Shown: piece after piece, positions 55,248 through 64,000 of the stretch
Position numbering within the stretch: position 1 is the first letter of the stretch
Layout of the letters: every line of letters starts with the position of its first letter
DNA from: an uncultured Gemmatimonadales bacterium
Lineage (GTDB): Bacteria > Gemmatimonadota > Gemmatimonadetes > Gemmatimonadales > GWC2-71-9
DNA: 64,000 bases
Direction: 5' to 3'
NCBI GenBank assembly: GCA_963748815.1
Contig: CAVVKJ010000010.1
Span: 640,001 to 704,000 of the forward strand
Position numbers and translations under genes: made by a program
The notes under the pieces: model-generated
Databases searched by the model: none
Told to the model about the DNA's origin: nothing
What the model saw: only the letters and a program-made list of their open reading frames with translations

Positions 55248-55939
55248 TGGCCGGACCCGACCGCATAGGCGATCAGGTTGACGCCCATGCGGAGCGCAGA
55301 CTCCCGAATCGCCGGATCGTCCTTGTGGACGTCGGGATCCTCCCAGCCGTCGCCGAGGTCGGATTGATAGGTATAGAAGAGGGCGAGGCGGCCGTCGAGG
55401 AAAATGCCGAACCCCTGCGCCGGCTTGCCGTCGTGCTCGTGCACCTTCGGCACGCCGCGGGGAAACTGGTAGATGAGGTTGTAGATCGGGTGGTCGAGCG
55501 GCACTTCCTCAAGCGGCCGGTCCGGGAAGAGCCGGGCCAGTTCGCGGCGGAGCGACTCGTCCATCCCGTAGTTGTCATCGGCGTGGAGGAAGCCTCCCTG
55601 CAGCAGGTAGCGTCGGAGGGTGACGAGGTCCTCGTCGCTGAACCGCACGTTGCCGTGTCCGGTCATGTAGAGGTAGGGAACCTCCCATAGACTCGGCGAG
55701 GACAGGGTGACCACCAGTTCCCGGGACGCCGTCTGCACATCCGTGCGGGCCCGGACCGCCGCCAGCAGATTGGGGAGGCTCGACGGGTTGGCGTACCAGT
55801 CTCCGCCACCGTCGTAATGGAGCCGACCGATGGTCACGCCCGACTCGCCCTGCGCCGACAGGGGGTGGACCCCGGCGAGGCAGAGGGCGGCGATCGACGA
55901 GAGACAGAGGCCCCGCACGGGGGACCCGACCAGCTTCAC
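55244..55939 (-). CDS. DUF4159 family protein
   Basis: YDGGGDWY, YMTGHG, GGFLHADD, DLGDGWED, MGVN. Confidence 0.88.
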   Translation of the reverse strand: MKLVGSPVRGLCLSSIAALCLAGVHPLSAQGESGVTIGRLHYDGGGDWYANPSSLPNLLAAVRARTDVQTASRELVVTLSSPSLWEVPYLYMTGHGNVRFSDEDLVTLRRYLLQGGFLHADDNYGMDESLRRELARLFPDRPLEEVPLDHPIYNLIYQFPRGVPKVHEHDGKPAQGFGIFLDGRLALFYTYQSDLGDGWEDPDVHKDDPAIRESALRMGVNLIAYAVGSGQ

Positions 55940-56775
55940 GGGAGCTCCATGACCAGGCGGTACACCTCATTACGGCCAAGGCCGCTCGATTCCGTCAACC
56001 GGCGAACCACATCCTTCCGGCTCAGGCCCTCCGCCAGGAGCGCCTCGGCGGCCAGGCGAATTTCGCCGAGGTCCGGGGCGGCGTCCGGTTGATCCGCCGT
56101 TCCCTCCAGCACCAGGGTGATTTCACCCTTGGGCGGATGCTCGTCGTACCACGCCTCGAGCTCCGCGAGAGTGCCTGCCCGGAATTCCTCGTGCACCTTC
56201 GTGAGCTCCCGCGCGACGACGGCCCGCCGCTCCGCCCCGCACACCTCAGCCAAGTCGCGCAGCAGCGCCACCAGGCGGGGCGGCGCCTCGTAGAAGACCA
56301 CCGTCCATGGCGCCGCGGCGGCGCGCGCCAGTTCCTCGCGGCGCTCACGACCCTTGCGCGCGGGAAACCCGAGGAAGAGGTACCGGTCGGCCGGCAGGCC
56401 GGCGGCGGAGAGCGCGGTCGCCACCGCCGACGGCCCGGGAATGGGGACGACGGCGCAGCCGGCCCCCCGCACCGCCGCTACCAGCCGGGCGCCGGGATCG
56501 CTGATGCCGGGGGTGCCGGCGTCGGTCACCAGCGCCACTGCCTGCCCCGCCTGGAGCAGCGCGATGATCGGGGCGGCCTGGCTCGCCTCGGTATGCGCAT
56601 GGACGGAAAGGAGCCGCGGGGTCGCCCCGATGTGCTGCAGGAGCGTGCGGCTCCGCCGGGTGTCCTCGGCGGCGACCACGTCGACCGCGCGGAGCACGTC
56701 CGTGGCGCGAGTGGTCAGGTCTCCGAGGTGTCCGAGCGGGGTGGCGACGACGTAGAGCGTACCGGGGACTACCAG
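55936..56775 (-). CDS. rsmI: 16S rRNA C1402 2'-O-methyltransferase; start codon uncertain
   Basis: LYVVATPLG, AEDTR, DAGTPGISDPG, FYEAP, RELTKVHEE. Confidence 0.93.
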   Translation of the reverse strand: MVVPGTLYVVATPLGHLGDLTTRATDVLRAVDVVAAEDTRRSRTLLQHIGATPRLLSVHAHTEASQAAPIIALLQAGQAVALVTDAGTPGISDPGARLVAAVRGAGCAVVPIPGPSAVATALSAAGLPADRYLFLGFPARKGRERREELARAAAAPWTVVFYEAPPRLVALLRDLAEVCGAERRAVVARELTKVHEEFRAGTLAELEAWYDEHPPKGEITLVLEGTADQPDAAPDLGEIRLAAEALLAEGLSRKDVVRRLTESSGLGRNEVYRLVMELP

Positions 56776-57785
56776 GTGAGGCTCCAGGGAAAATGCGAAT
56801 AGAAGCCGGCGGCTTGCAGGAGGTGGCGCTGCTCGCGGGTGGCGGTCTGCAGGATGCGCGGCCCCGCCCCGGGGGAAACCACCTCGATTTCCGTGAGCAG
56901 CGCCCCGGTCCACGCCGCCAGGTCGGCGGTCAGGTCGGCGGCCGGCGTGGCCACCATCGATGGATCCCCTCCGTTCGAGGGCAGGAGATGCGCGAGCGAC
57001 TGGCGCAGCGGGGCCAGCCGGCCCGTCACGCGGTCAACCCGACGGAGCCCGTCCCCCGGCGACTCAGCCTCGATCGCTTCCGAAATCCGGATGAACAGCT
57101 CCCGATACATCCGGATCTGGGACGGCAACGCCTGGGCCGGCAGGCCGGCAATGGAAGGAATCCCGCTCACGGAGAGCGCCGGCCGTACCCCATCGGCGTC
57201 CGGCTGGAAGATCCCCTCGATGTACGCCGGAAGGGAAACCGTCTCCGGGCGCGCGTAAAAGTAGCCGCCGCTGAACTTTCCCCGGTCGAACTGCAGGTAG
57301 TTGACCCGGCCGTTGGAGATGATCTCGAGCCCCCCGGTCAACGACTCCTCCACGACGCGCGGGAAGATCAACTCCGGATGCTTGGAGTCCACCACCCACG
57401 GCTCCGCCGGCGCGGCGCACGCCTGATACATCCACTCGAGCTGGGCCATCGGGGCGGCGCAGTACGCGGCCTCCGCGCGTTCCGGGTCCGCCTTGAGCCG
57501 GCGCACGGCCTCGGCGATCGGCAGGACGGTCCGCTGCCCGGCCCCGATGCCCGCCGCGGTGACCAGCTCCCCCGCCTGGAAGAAGAGCAGGATCAGTTCG
57601 TCGGGGAGATAGCCGAGGAAATAGGCGTCCACCTTGCCGTCGCGATCCCGCTTGGCAAAGGAGATGAGATTGTCGAGGTGGAGGTAGATGAGCCGGGTGC
57701 GCGCAAGCAGGGTGTCCGACGCCGGAAAGGCGACGTCGCTCAGCCGGATGGCGGAGTGAAGCAGGCGGGTGCCGCTGACGCGCAT
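56769..57785 (-). CDS. Hypothetical protein, possibly two PATAN/DUF4388-like domains
   Basis: Host-like ORF; two segments ending LFFQAGE and LTGGLEI...LQFDRGK. Confidence 0.7.
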   Translation of the reverse strand: MRVSGTRLLHSAIRLSDVAFPASDTLLARTRLIYLHLDNLISFAKRDRDGKVDAYFLGYLPDELILLFFQAGELVTAAGIGAGQRTVLPIAEAVRRLKADPERAEAAYCAAPMAQLEWMYQACAAPAEPWVVDSKHPELIFPRVVEESLTGGLEIISNGRVNYLQFDRGKFSGGYFYARPETVSLPAYIEGIFQPDADGVRPALSVSGIPSIAGLPAQALPSQIRMYRELFIRISEAIEAESPGDGLRRVDRVTGRLAPLRQSLAHLLPSNGGDPSMVATPAADLTADLAAWTGALLTEIEVVSPGAGPRILQTATREQRHLLQAAGFYSHFPWSLTW

Positions 57786-57836
57786 AGACCCTCGGCGGGA
57801 CGGGCCGCCCGGCTGGGCGGCCCGTGACGCGGCGCC

Positions 57837-58169
57837 TTACGCCGCGAGGTGGTGCTGAATCTTCGACGCGATGGTGGGCTTCGGCACCGCGCCGATGACC
57901 GTGTCCACGTGCTTGCCGTCCTTGAAGAACAGCAGGGCCGGGATCGACCGGATGTTGAACCGGGCCGCCACCCGCTGGTTCGCGTCGACGTCCAGCTTGG
58001 TGATCCGGACCTTGCCGGTGTACTCCTCGGCCAGCTGCTCCAGCGACGGGGCGATGATCTGGCAGGGGCCGCACCACGTGGCCCAGAAATCCACCAGCAC
58101 CAGTCCCTTGGTCTGCTCCACTTCGGAGGCAAACGTGCTCTCGGTTACTTCAATTGTGTGCTGCCCCAT
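57837..58169 (-). CDS. trxA: Thioredoxin
   Basis: DFWATWCGPC, IRSIP; GGAGG SD. Confidence 0.97.
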   Translation of the reverse strand: MGQHTIEVTESTFASEVEQTKGLVLVDFWATWCGPCQIIAPSLEQLAEEYTGKVRITKLDVDANQRVAARFNIRSIPALLFFKDGKHVDTVIGAVPKPTIASKIQHHLAA

Positions 58170-58260
58170 GTGCGACGAACCTCCCAGAGTGCGGCGGGAT
58201 GCGTAGGTCCGCGTCCCGCAGTTAAGTTCAAGTCCATTCACCTGCCACGCCGGAGTCGCC

Positions 58261-58656
58261 GTGCCGGATGCCCCCCGGATTGCCCATATCGGGATCGCGG
58301 TCAAGGACCTCGACGACGCCCTGCGGTTCTATCGAGACGTCCTCGGCCTCGTGCCCCACCCCCCCGAAGTTGCCGACGGCGCGACGATCGTTTCGCTTCC
58401 CTTCGGCGAGTCGGAGGTCGAACTCCTCGAGGCGCGCGACGCCGACTCCCCGATCGCGAAGTTCATCGAGCGCCGCGGTCCCGGCATCCACCACGTCTGC
58501 TACCGGGTGGCCGACCTCGACGCTGCCCTCGACCAGGCCCGGCAGGCCGGCTACCGGCTCGTCGATGACGCGCCACGGACCGGCGCGGGCGGCTGCCGAA
58601 TCGCGTTCCTGCACCCCAAGTCCACCGCTGGCATCCTGATCGAGCTCACGGAGTGA
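58261..58656 (+). CDS. mce: Methylmalonyl-CoA epimerase
   Basis: IAHIGIAV, VELLE, GIHHVC, FLHPKSTAGILIEL. Confidence 0.9.
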   Translation: MPDAPRIAHIGIAVKDLDDALRFYRDVLGLVPHPPEVADGATIVSLPFGESEVELLEARDADSPIAKFIERRGPGIHHVCYRVADLDAALDQARQAGYRLVDDAPRTGAGGCRIAFLHPKSTAGILIELTE

Positions 58657-58676
58657 GCGCGGCCGGGGCGCCTGCC

Positions 58677-59132
58677 CTACATCGGGTTGCCCTGGGCGTC
58701 ACAGGGCCGGCCGGGGGTGGCGGTCATGGTCACGTCCACGTTCTGCACCAGGTACTGGTCCTTCCACTTGCCCACGATGAAGGGCACGTTGTTCTGGCAT
58801 CTCCCGACGAAGATCTTCATCGTGACCATCACCTGGTCGGAATGCCCGTCGACCGTCCCGAGCCCGGCCACCTTCGCGGAGTCGTTGGTCAGGTACTTCT
58901 GGAGCACCCGGATCCGCTTTTCGTAGTCCGGCGGCTGCTTGCTCGTGGCGGCCGGGCCGGCGGAGCCACCCCAGTAGGTCGCCATGAGGGTGAGGTTGGT
59001 ATCCTTCGCCGCCGCCAGGAACGCCTTGACGGTCGTTTCCGGGGAGCGGTTGGACATCGGTGTGCCGCTGCTCGCGCCGCCGCTTGCACAGGCCGCGACG
59101 AGGAGTACACAGGGAATCCAGCGCAGAGTCAC
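58677..59132 (-). CDS. Small lipoprotein
   Basis: GGAA SD region, lipobox VAAC, SPETTVKAFLAA. Confidence 0.7.
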   Translation of the reverse strand: MTLRWIPCVLLVAACASGGASSGTPMSNRSPETTVKAFLAAAKDTNLTLMATYWGGSAGPAATSKQPPDYEKRIRVLQKYLTNDSAKVAGLGTVDGHSDQVMVTMKIFVGRCQNNVPFIVGKWKDQYLVQNVDVTMTATPGRPCDAQGNPM

Positions 59133-59192
59133 GGGCGTTCCACCTTCTGAAGTAGACTGTCTCAAACGTAAACCGCGCGCGGAGTGCGAGCA

Positions 59193-59915
59193 ATGACGCC
59201 TGTCAGGCTCTACGTCAACATCGATCACGTCGCGACGGTCCGCGAGGCGCGGCGGACCGATGAACCCGAGCCGCTCGCCGCCGCGCGCGCCGCCCTGGCG
59301 GGGGGAGCCGACGGCATCACCGTGCACCTGCGCGAAGACCGCCGACACATCCAGGACGCGGACGTCATCGCGATTGCCGAGACCCTCCCCGCGCCGCTCA
59401 ACTTCGAGCTCGCCCTGAGCGACGAGATCGTCGCCCTCGCCTGCCGGCTCCGCCCCCTCCAGGCCACGATCGTCCCCGAACGGCGCGAGGAAGTCACCAC
59501 GGAGGGGGGGCTTCGGGTCAGCTCCCGGGACGCCCGGCTCCGAACCGCCATCCGACGCCTCGATGAGGCCGGCTGCCGGGTCAGCCTCTTCATCGATCCG
59601 GAGCTCGACGCCATCGACGCCGCCAAGGACCTCGGCGTCCCCGCCATCGAGCTCCACACGGGAGAGTACGCCCGCCGCTGGCGCGACGGCCCCGCCCCGC
59701 TCGACCACCTCCGGCAGGCCGCCCGCCACGCGGCGGAACTTGGCCTCGCCGTGCACGCCGGCCACGGACTCACCTACCTGAACGTGCAAGCCGTGGCGTC
59801 GGTTCCCGAGATCGAGGAGCTCAACATCGGCCACAGCATCGTGAGCCGGGCCCTCTTCGACGGGATGGAGGAAGCGGTACGTGAGATGCGGCGCCTGATG
59901 ACCTCGGCGCGGTAA
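59193..59915 (+). CDS. pdxJ: Pyridoxine 5'-phosphate synthase
   Basis: [37 protein letters not shown]. Confidence 0.97.
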   Translation: MTPVRLYVNIDHVATVREARRTDEPEPLAAARAALAGGADGITVHLREDRRHIQDADVIAIAETLPAPLNFELALSDEIVALACRLRPLQATIVPERREEVTTEGGLRVSSRDARLRTAIRRLDEAGCRVSLFIDPELDAIDAAKDLGVPAIELHTGEYARRWRDGPAPLDHLRQAARHAAELGLAVHAGHGLTYLNVQAVASVPEIEELNIGHSIVSRALFDGMEEAVREMRRLMTSAR

Positions 59916-59974
59916 CCTCCCCCGGCCCGCCCGAGCCTTTCCCGGGAACGCCGCACACCCTAACTTGTTTCGAC

Positions 59975-61618
59975 ATGCCCAATCCCCTCGGCCCGACTGA
60001 CTTCTTCGCGTTGGAGGCCGGCGAGTACCTCGAGCGGCTCGCCAGGCTGGTGGCCATCGACGGCGGCCCGCCCCCGGAGGAGTTCGTCCGTTACGCCCGC
60101 GCCCTGCGCGGGTCCGCCCTGATGGCCAATCAACCGGAAATCACCAGGGCTGCCGGCGCGCTCGAGGGGGTCGCCCGCGCGTTCCACGAACGGGTGTGCG
60201 CCTGGGATGCCGCCCTCGCGGAGGTCGTGGGACAGTCGGTGGACGACCTGAAGCGGCTGGTCCGGCAGGCCCGCGACTGGACCGCCGACGACACCGCCCG
60301 GGCCGACCGCCTCTCCCGCTCGCTCGAGTCCATCAGCGGCCGCCCTCCGGAGGGCAGCCGGCCCCCCACGCGGAGCCGCGGGGAGCTCAACGCGGGCGTC
60401 CGCGCATTCGTGGCCCGCGAGGGCGCCCTGGTGGCCAGCGCGCTCGATCGCGCCGCTCGCGCGCTCGAGGCGGAGCCCGGCGCCCGTGACCCGCTCCACA
60501 ATATCCTGCGGCGCATGCAGTCGCTCCGGGGCCTGGCGGCGCTGGCCGACCTCGCGCCGCTCCCCGAGATGCTCGATGGCCTCGAGATGGCCGTCGGCAG
60601 CCTCCTCCGGGCCCACGTCCCCCCCACGGGCGTGAGCGAGGTCTTCGAGGCGGCGGCCCAGGCCCTCACCCGCGCCTCGCGGGACGTCGCGGACAACGGG
60701 CATCCCGACCCCGACGCCCCCGAGGCTCGCCACTTCGCCGTGCTGCTCATCCGCCGGCTGGCGGACGACCGGGACGTGGTCGACATCGAGACCCTCTGCC
60801 CACTCGGGCAGGCCAGCATCGTCAAGGCCGGCACCCCTCCCGAACAGCCGACCCCCGTCACCCTCGGTTCGGTCGAACTCCTGACCCACGGCGAGTTCCT
60901 CGTCCAGGCCGCCGACGAGCTCGAGCGGGCGGAGACTGATACCCAGCGTGACCTCCGCCTCTTCAACCTGACGGGGGCGCTCGACTCTCCCCGCCTCGTG
61001 GCGGCGGCCACCATCGGACACGGCCTCGACAGCTTCGGACGGGCGGTGCGCCTGGCCATCGTCAGCGGCACCGCCGCCGGCGATCCCGCCGGATTCGCGG
61101 CGGCGCTGCGCTCCGCGGGCACCCTGATTCGCGGGCTCGGTCCCCGCAGCGATCCGGAACGGGCCTCGACCGAACTCGCGGGGCTGGCCGCCGTCCTCGG
61201 GCAGGCGCCCGACGACATCGTCCCCATCGAGTCCCTGGCCCCCGATGACGACGTCATTCCGGTCGCGGACCTGGCGCCTGAAGCCGAAGAGCTCCCCTCG
61301 GCGGAAGCCCCGGAGGATGCCTCGCTCGCCGGGAGCTTCCTGACGTACGCCCGCCTCTCGGGCGCCCGGAGCCGCACCTCGGGCAACGGCTCGGCGCGCA
61401 CCTCCGCGCCGACGGCCGCTCCCGAACCGCCGGCCGTCGAGGAGGCCGTCGAAATCGGCACGCTGCTCTATCGCGGCGACGCGGCTCTGCGCCGGGCCGA
61501 TGTCGTCCGCCGCGACCTCGCGCATCTCCTCCGCGCGGGCGCCCAGCTGGGCAGCATCCGCCCCCTCCTCGACGAACTCCTCGACCTCGTCCCGCTGGCG
61601 CTCGAGCCCTCCGCTTGA
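59975..61618 (+). CDS. Helical protein with tandem HPt-like domains lacking the phospho-His
   Basis: FFALEAGEYL...ARALRGSALMA; FVAREG...MQSLRGLAAL. Confidence 0.7.
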   Translation: MPNPLGPTDFFALEAGEYLERLARLVAIDGGPPPEEFVRYARALRGSALMANQPEITRAAGALEGVARAFHERVCAWDAALAEVVGQSVDDLKRLVRQARDWTADDTARADRLSRSLESISGRPPEGSRPPTRSRGELNAGVRAFVAREGALVASALDRAARALEAEPGARDPLHNILRRMQSLRGLAALADLAPLPEMLDGLEMAVGSLLRAHVPPTGVSEVFEAAAQALTRASRDVADNGHPDPDAPEARHFAVLLIRRLADDRDVVDIETLCPLGQASIVKAGTPPEQPTPVTLGSVELLTHGEFLVQAADELERAETDTQRDLRLFNLTGALDSPRLVAAATIGHGLDSFGRAVRLAIVSGTAAGDPAGFAAALRSAGTLIRGLGPRSDPERASTELAGLAAVLGQAPDDIVPIESLAPDDDVIPVADLAPEAEELPSAEAPEDASLAGSFLTYARLSGARSRTSGNGSARTSAPTAAPEPPAVEEAVEIGTLLYRGDAALRRADVVRRDLAHLLRAGAQLGSIRPLLDELLDLVPLALEPSA

Positions 61619-62634
61619 CCGGATCGCGTCACCGGGTGTGGCAGCTCCTGCTCGCCATCTCCCTGTCCGCCCTGCTCCTCTGGTGGGCGTTCCGCGACGT
61701 CAACTTTGCCGAGGCACTCGGCTACCTCCGGTCGGTGCGTCTCGGCTGGCTCCTCACCGCGGTCATCGTCGCCACCTCGCTCTTCCCGTTGCGACTCTTC
61801 CGCTGGCGCCTCCTCCTGCGGAAGGAAAACGGCGACCCCTACCCCTGGACCCCGCTCTGGCACGCCATCGCCATGGGGTTCGCCGCCAACAACCTCCTGC
61901 CGTTCCGGGCGGGCGAGGTGGTGCGCACCGTCGCGGCCAGCCGCCTGACCGGCGCCCGGCTCACGACCTCGCTCGCCTCCGTGGCCGTCGAGCGGGTCTT
62001 CGACGCGCTCACCGTCGTGGGGCTGCTGGCGGCGGCGCTCCTGATGCCCGGCATGCCCGCGGGGCTCTCCGTCGCGGGGATTCCCGTCCAGCGGGTCGCG
62101 ACGACCGCGGGCCTCCTCGCGCTCGCCGCCCTGGGCTGCGCCACGCTCGTCGTGACATTCCCGCGGGCAGCGGAGGCGGTCGTGCGACGGATCATCCCGT
62201 CCGATCGCATCGCATTGCGACTCATCGAACTGATCGAGGGGATCCGCCAGGGTCTCGCGGTACTCCAGTCCCCGATGCGGCTCATCGGCGTGATCGCCTG
62301 GTCAGTGGTGCTCTGGCTCGTCAACGCGCTCTCCTTCTACCTCGCCTTCCTCGCCTTCGACCTGCCGGTCAACTACATCGGCGCGGTGGTGCTGCAGGGC
62401 GTCCTCGCCTTCGGCATCGCCGTGCCGTCTGCGCCAGGGTATGTCGGCCCGTTCGAGGCGGCCATTACCGCGGTCCTCGCCCTGTACGCCATCGGCGCGA
62501 GCCAGGCGGTGGCCTACGCGGTGGGCTACCACATCACCACCTTCATTCCGATCACCCTGCTCGGGGTCTGGTCCGCCACGAAGACGGGGCTCGGGCTCGG
62601 GGCGACGGCGCGCGAGGCGCCCCCCAGTGTCTGA
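61615..62634 (+). CDS. Lysylphosphatidylglycerol-synthase TM / flippase-like (UPF0104) protein
   Basis: RWRLLL, NNLLPFRAGEVVR, VERVFD, PSAPGYVG. Confidence 0.88.
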   Translation: MTGSRHRVWQLLLAISLSALLLWWAFRDVNFAEALGYLRSVRLGWLLTAVIVATSLFPLRLFRWRLLLRKENGDPYPWTPLWHAIAMGFAANNLLPFRAGEVVRTVAASRLTGARLTTSLASVAVERVFDALTVVGLLAAALLMPGMPAGLSVAGIPVQRVATTAGLLALAALGCATLVVTFPRAAEAVVRRIIPSDRIALRLIELIEGIRQGLAVLQSPMRLIGVIAWSVVLWLVNALSFYLAFLAFDLPVNYIGAVVLQGVLAFGIAVPSAPGYVGPFEAAITAVLALYAIGASQAVAYAVGYHITTFIPITLLGVWSATKTGLGLGATAREAPPSV

Positions 62635-63488
62635 GGATCGGCTCTCCCGGCCGGCGCCCGCCAAGGCGAACCTGTTCCTCCGGGTGCTGGCGCGGGAATC
62701 GTCGGGGTATCACGGCATCGAGACCCTCTTCTGCCTGCTCGACCTGGCCGACGACCTGACGGCGGAGCGTCGCCCGGGCGGCGAAGTCACCATCGAGGTG
62801 CTGGGTGCCGATGTGGGACCCGCCGAGCAGAACCTCGCGGTCCGCGCGGCGGAGATGGTCCTGCAGGCCACCGGCCGGCGATTCGGCGTGCATCTCACGC
62901 TGGAGAAGCGCATTCCGATGCAGGCGGGGCTGGGCGGCGGCTCGAGCGACGCCGCCTCGGCGCTGATCCTCACCAACCAGCTGGCCGGCAACGCCGTCCC
63001 CCGGCACGAACTGCTCCAGTTCGCCGCCCGACTGGGGAGCGACGTGCCGTTCTTCCTGAGCGAGGCCCGCCTCGCCCTGGCCTGGGGACATGGCGAGCGG
63101 ATGCTGCGACTCCCGCCGCTCTCCACGGCGCCGGCGCTCCTCCTCGTCCCCGCCGAGGGAATGCCGACGGCCGAGGCCTATGCCTGGATCGATCAGGGCG
63201 GCGAGGCGACCCGGCGGGGCGGGCTCGCGCTGGACCTCGACGCGCTGCGGGGGTGGGGGGACATCGCGCGGATGGCGGGGAACGATTTCGAGGCGGCGCT
63301 CTTCTCCCGGAGGCCGGCGTTGCGGGCGGCGTTCGAGGCGCTGGCCGGCACCCACCCCCTCCTCTGCCGGCTGACCGGCTCCGGCTCGGCCTTCCTGGCG
63401 GTCTACCGGAACGCGGACCGATCGGACCGACGCCGCCATGATGCTGGGCCGGAAGCATGGGAAGCTGCTGGAGGTCACCGCCGGCTGA
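62627..63488 (+). CDS. ispE: 4-diphosphocytidyl-2-C-methyl-D-erythritol kinase; probable frameshift near 63420
   Basis: APAKANLFL, KRIPMQAGLGGGSSDA, LGSDVPF, LTGSGS; plausible tail DAAMMLGRKHG...* in another frame. Confidence 0.92.
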
Positions 63489-63498
63489 TTCGACGCCA

Positions 63499-63575
63499 CC
63501 CAGTCTCCAGCCATCAGTCCCCAGTCCTTTCCCCTTCTCCCTTCCGCCCCTCCAAGTCCCAAGTCCACTTCCTCC
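63499..63575. repeat. Degenerate pyrimidine-rich heptamer tract
   Basis: CCCAGTC, TCCAGCC, ATCAGTC, CCCAGTC ... TCCAAGT, CCCAAGT. Confidence 0.55.
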
Positions 63576-63613
63576 TTTCTCCCGTGCTTGCAATGCTTTA
63601 CCTTTGCATTCGC

Positions 63614-63684
63614 TGGCCCTTCGTCCAATGGCAGGACAGCAGACTTTGGATCTGCGAATGGTGGTTCGAATCCACCAGGGCCAA
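63614..63684 (+). tRNA. tRNA-Gln (TTG)
   Basis: Acceptor TGGCCCT/AGGGCCA, anticodon arm GCAGA-CTTTGGA-TCTGC; common ispE-tRNA-Gln-prs order. Confidence 0.95.
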
Positions 63685-63760
63685 TCCTCCTACCGGCCGA
63701 TCCTGTTGTCCCCGCACGAGTTGACTCTCCCCGGTTTGCCCGGTTAGATTTGAGGGCTCT

Positions 63761-64000
63761 ATGGCGCAGATTTCTCTCGAACGAAGCCAGATGTTGCTCC
63801 TCAGCGGGACGGCCAACCGGCCGCTCGCCGAGGAGGTGGCGCAGCACCTCGGTCAGCCGCTCTGCAAGGTGACGGTCAAGCGGTTCGCCGACGGGGAAAT
63901 CTTCGTCAAGATCGACGAGAACGTGCGCGGGCGGGATGTCTACATCATCCAGCCGACCAATCCGCCGGCCGACAACCTGATGGAGCTGCTGCTCCTGATG
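63761..64000 (+). CDS. prs: Ribose-phosphate pyrophosphokinase (5' part, runs off the window)
   Basis: [38 protein letters not shown]. Confidence 0.95.
   Translation, partial: MAQISLERSQMLLLSGTANRPLAEEVAQHLGQPLCKVTVKRFADGEIFVKIDENVRGRDVYIIQPTNPPADNLMELLLLM

Noticed and set aside
57837..58169. Selenoprotein candidate given selA
   Set aside because: Ordinary CGPC site with no in-frame TGA

Overview
High-GC bacterial chromosomal segment; gene content and several lineage-typical hypothetical proteins suggest Gemmatimonadota (inference, not a database result). Bases 1-3190 are the visibly lower-GC end of an element integrated at the 3' end of tRNA-Met. It carries small cargo genes, two Xis-like HTH genes, a tyrosine integrase with a non-canonical active site and a symmetric five-copy AAAAGTCCG array. 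The rest is mostly translationally coupled housekeeping operons (ftsB-eno-plsC-thiL, nnr, glyA-rpiB, Leu dehydrogenase-hbd-bioY-thiolase, thrS, valS-selA-gmhB-purN-purH, gltX, trxA, mce, pdxJ, ispE-tRNA-Gln-prs), with four tRNAs in the window. Main observations: (i) the Bacteroidota O-glycosylation sequon D-(S/T)-(A/I/L/V/M/T) is strongly enriched in exported proteins, and the window encodes a DUF2723/TMEM260-like GT-C protein; (ii) an array of four broken Ig+RCC1-like lipoprotein paralogues is built around a 456-bp direct repeat; (iii) a coupled operon of unexplained envelope proteins is followed by a JAB-DinG fusion; (iv) one protein has tandem His-less HPt-like domains. Frameshifts in essential genes (thrS, valS, gltX, ispE) indicate local sequence errors, so pseudogene calls are uncertain. 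All family assignments are by eye from motifs.
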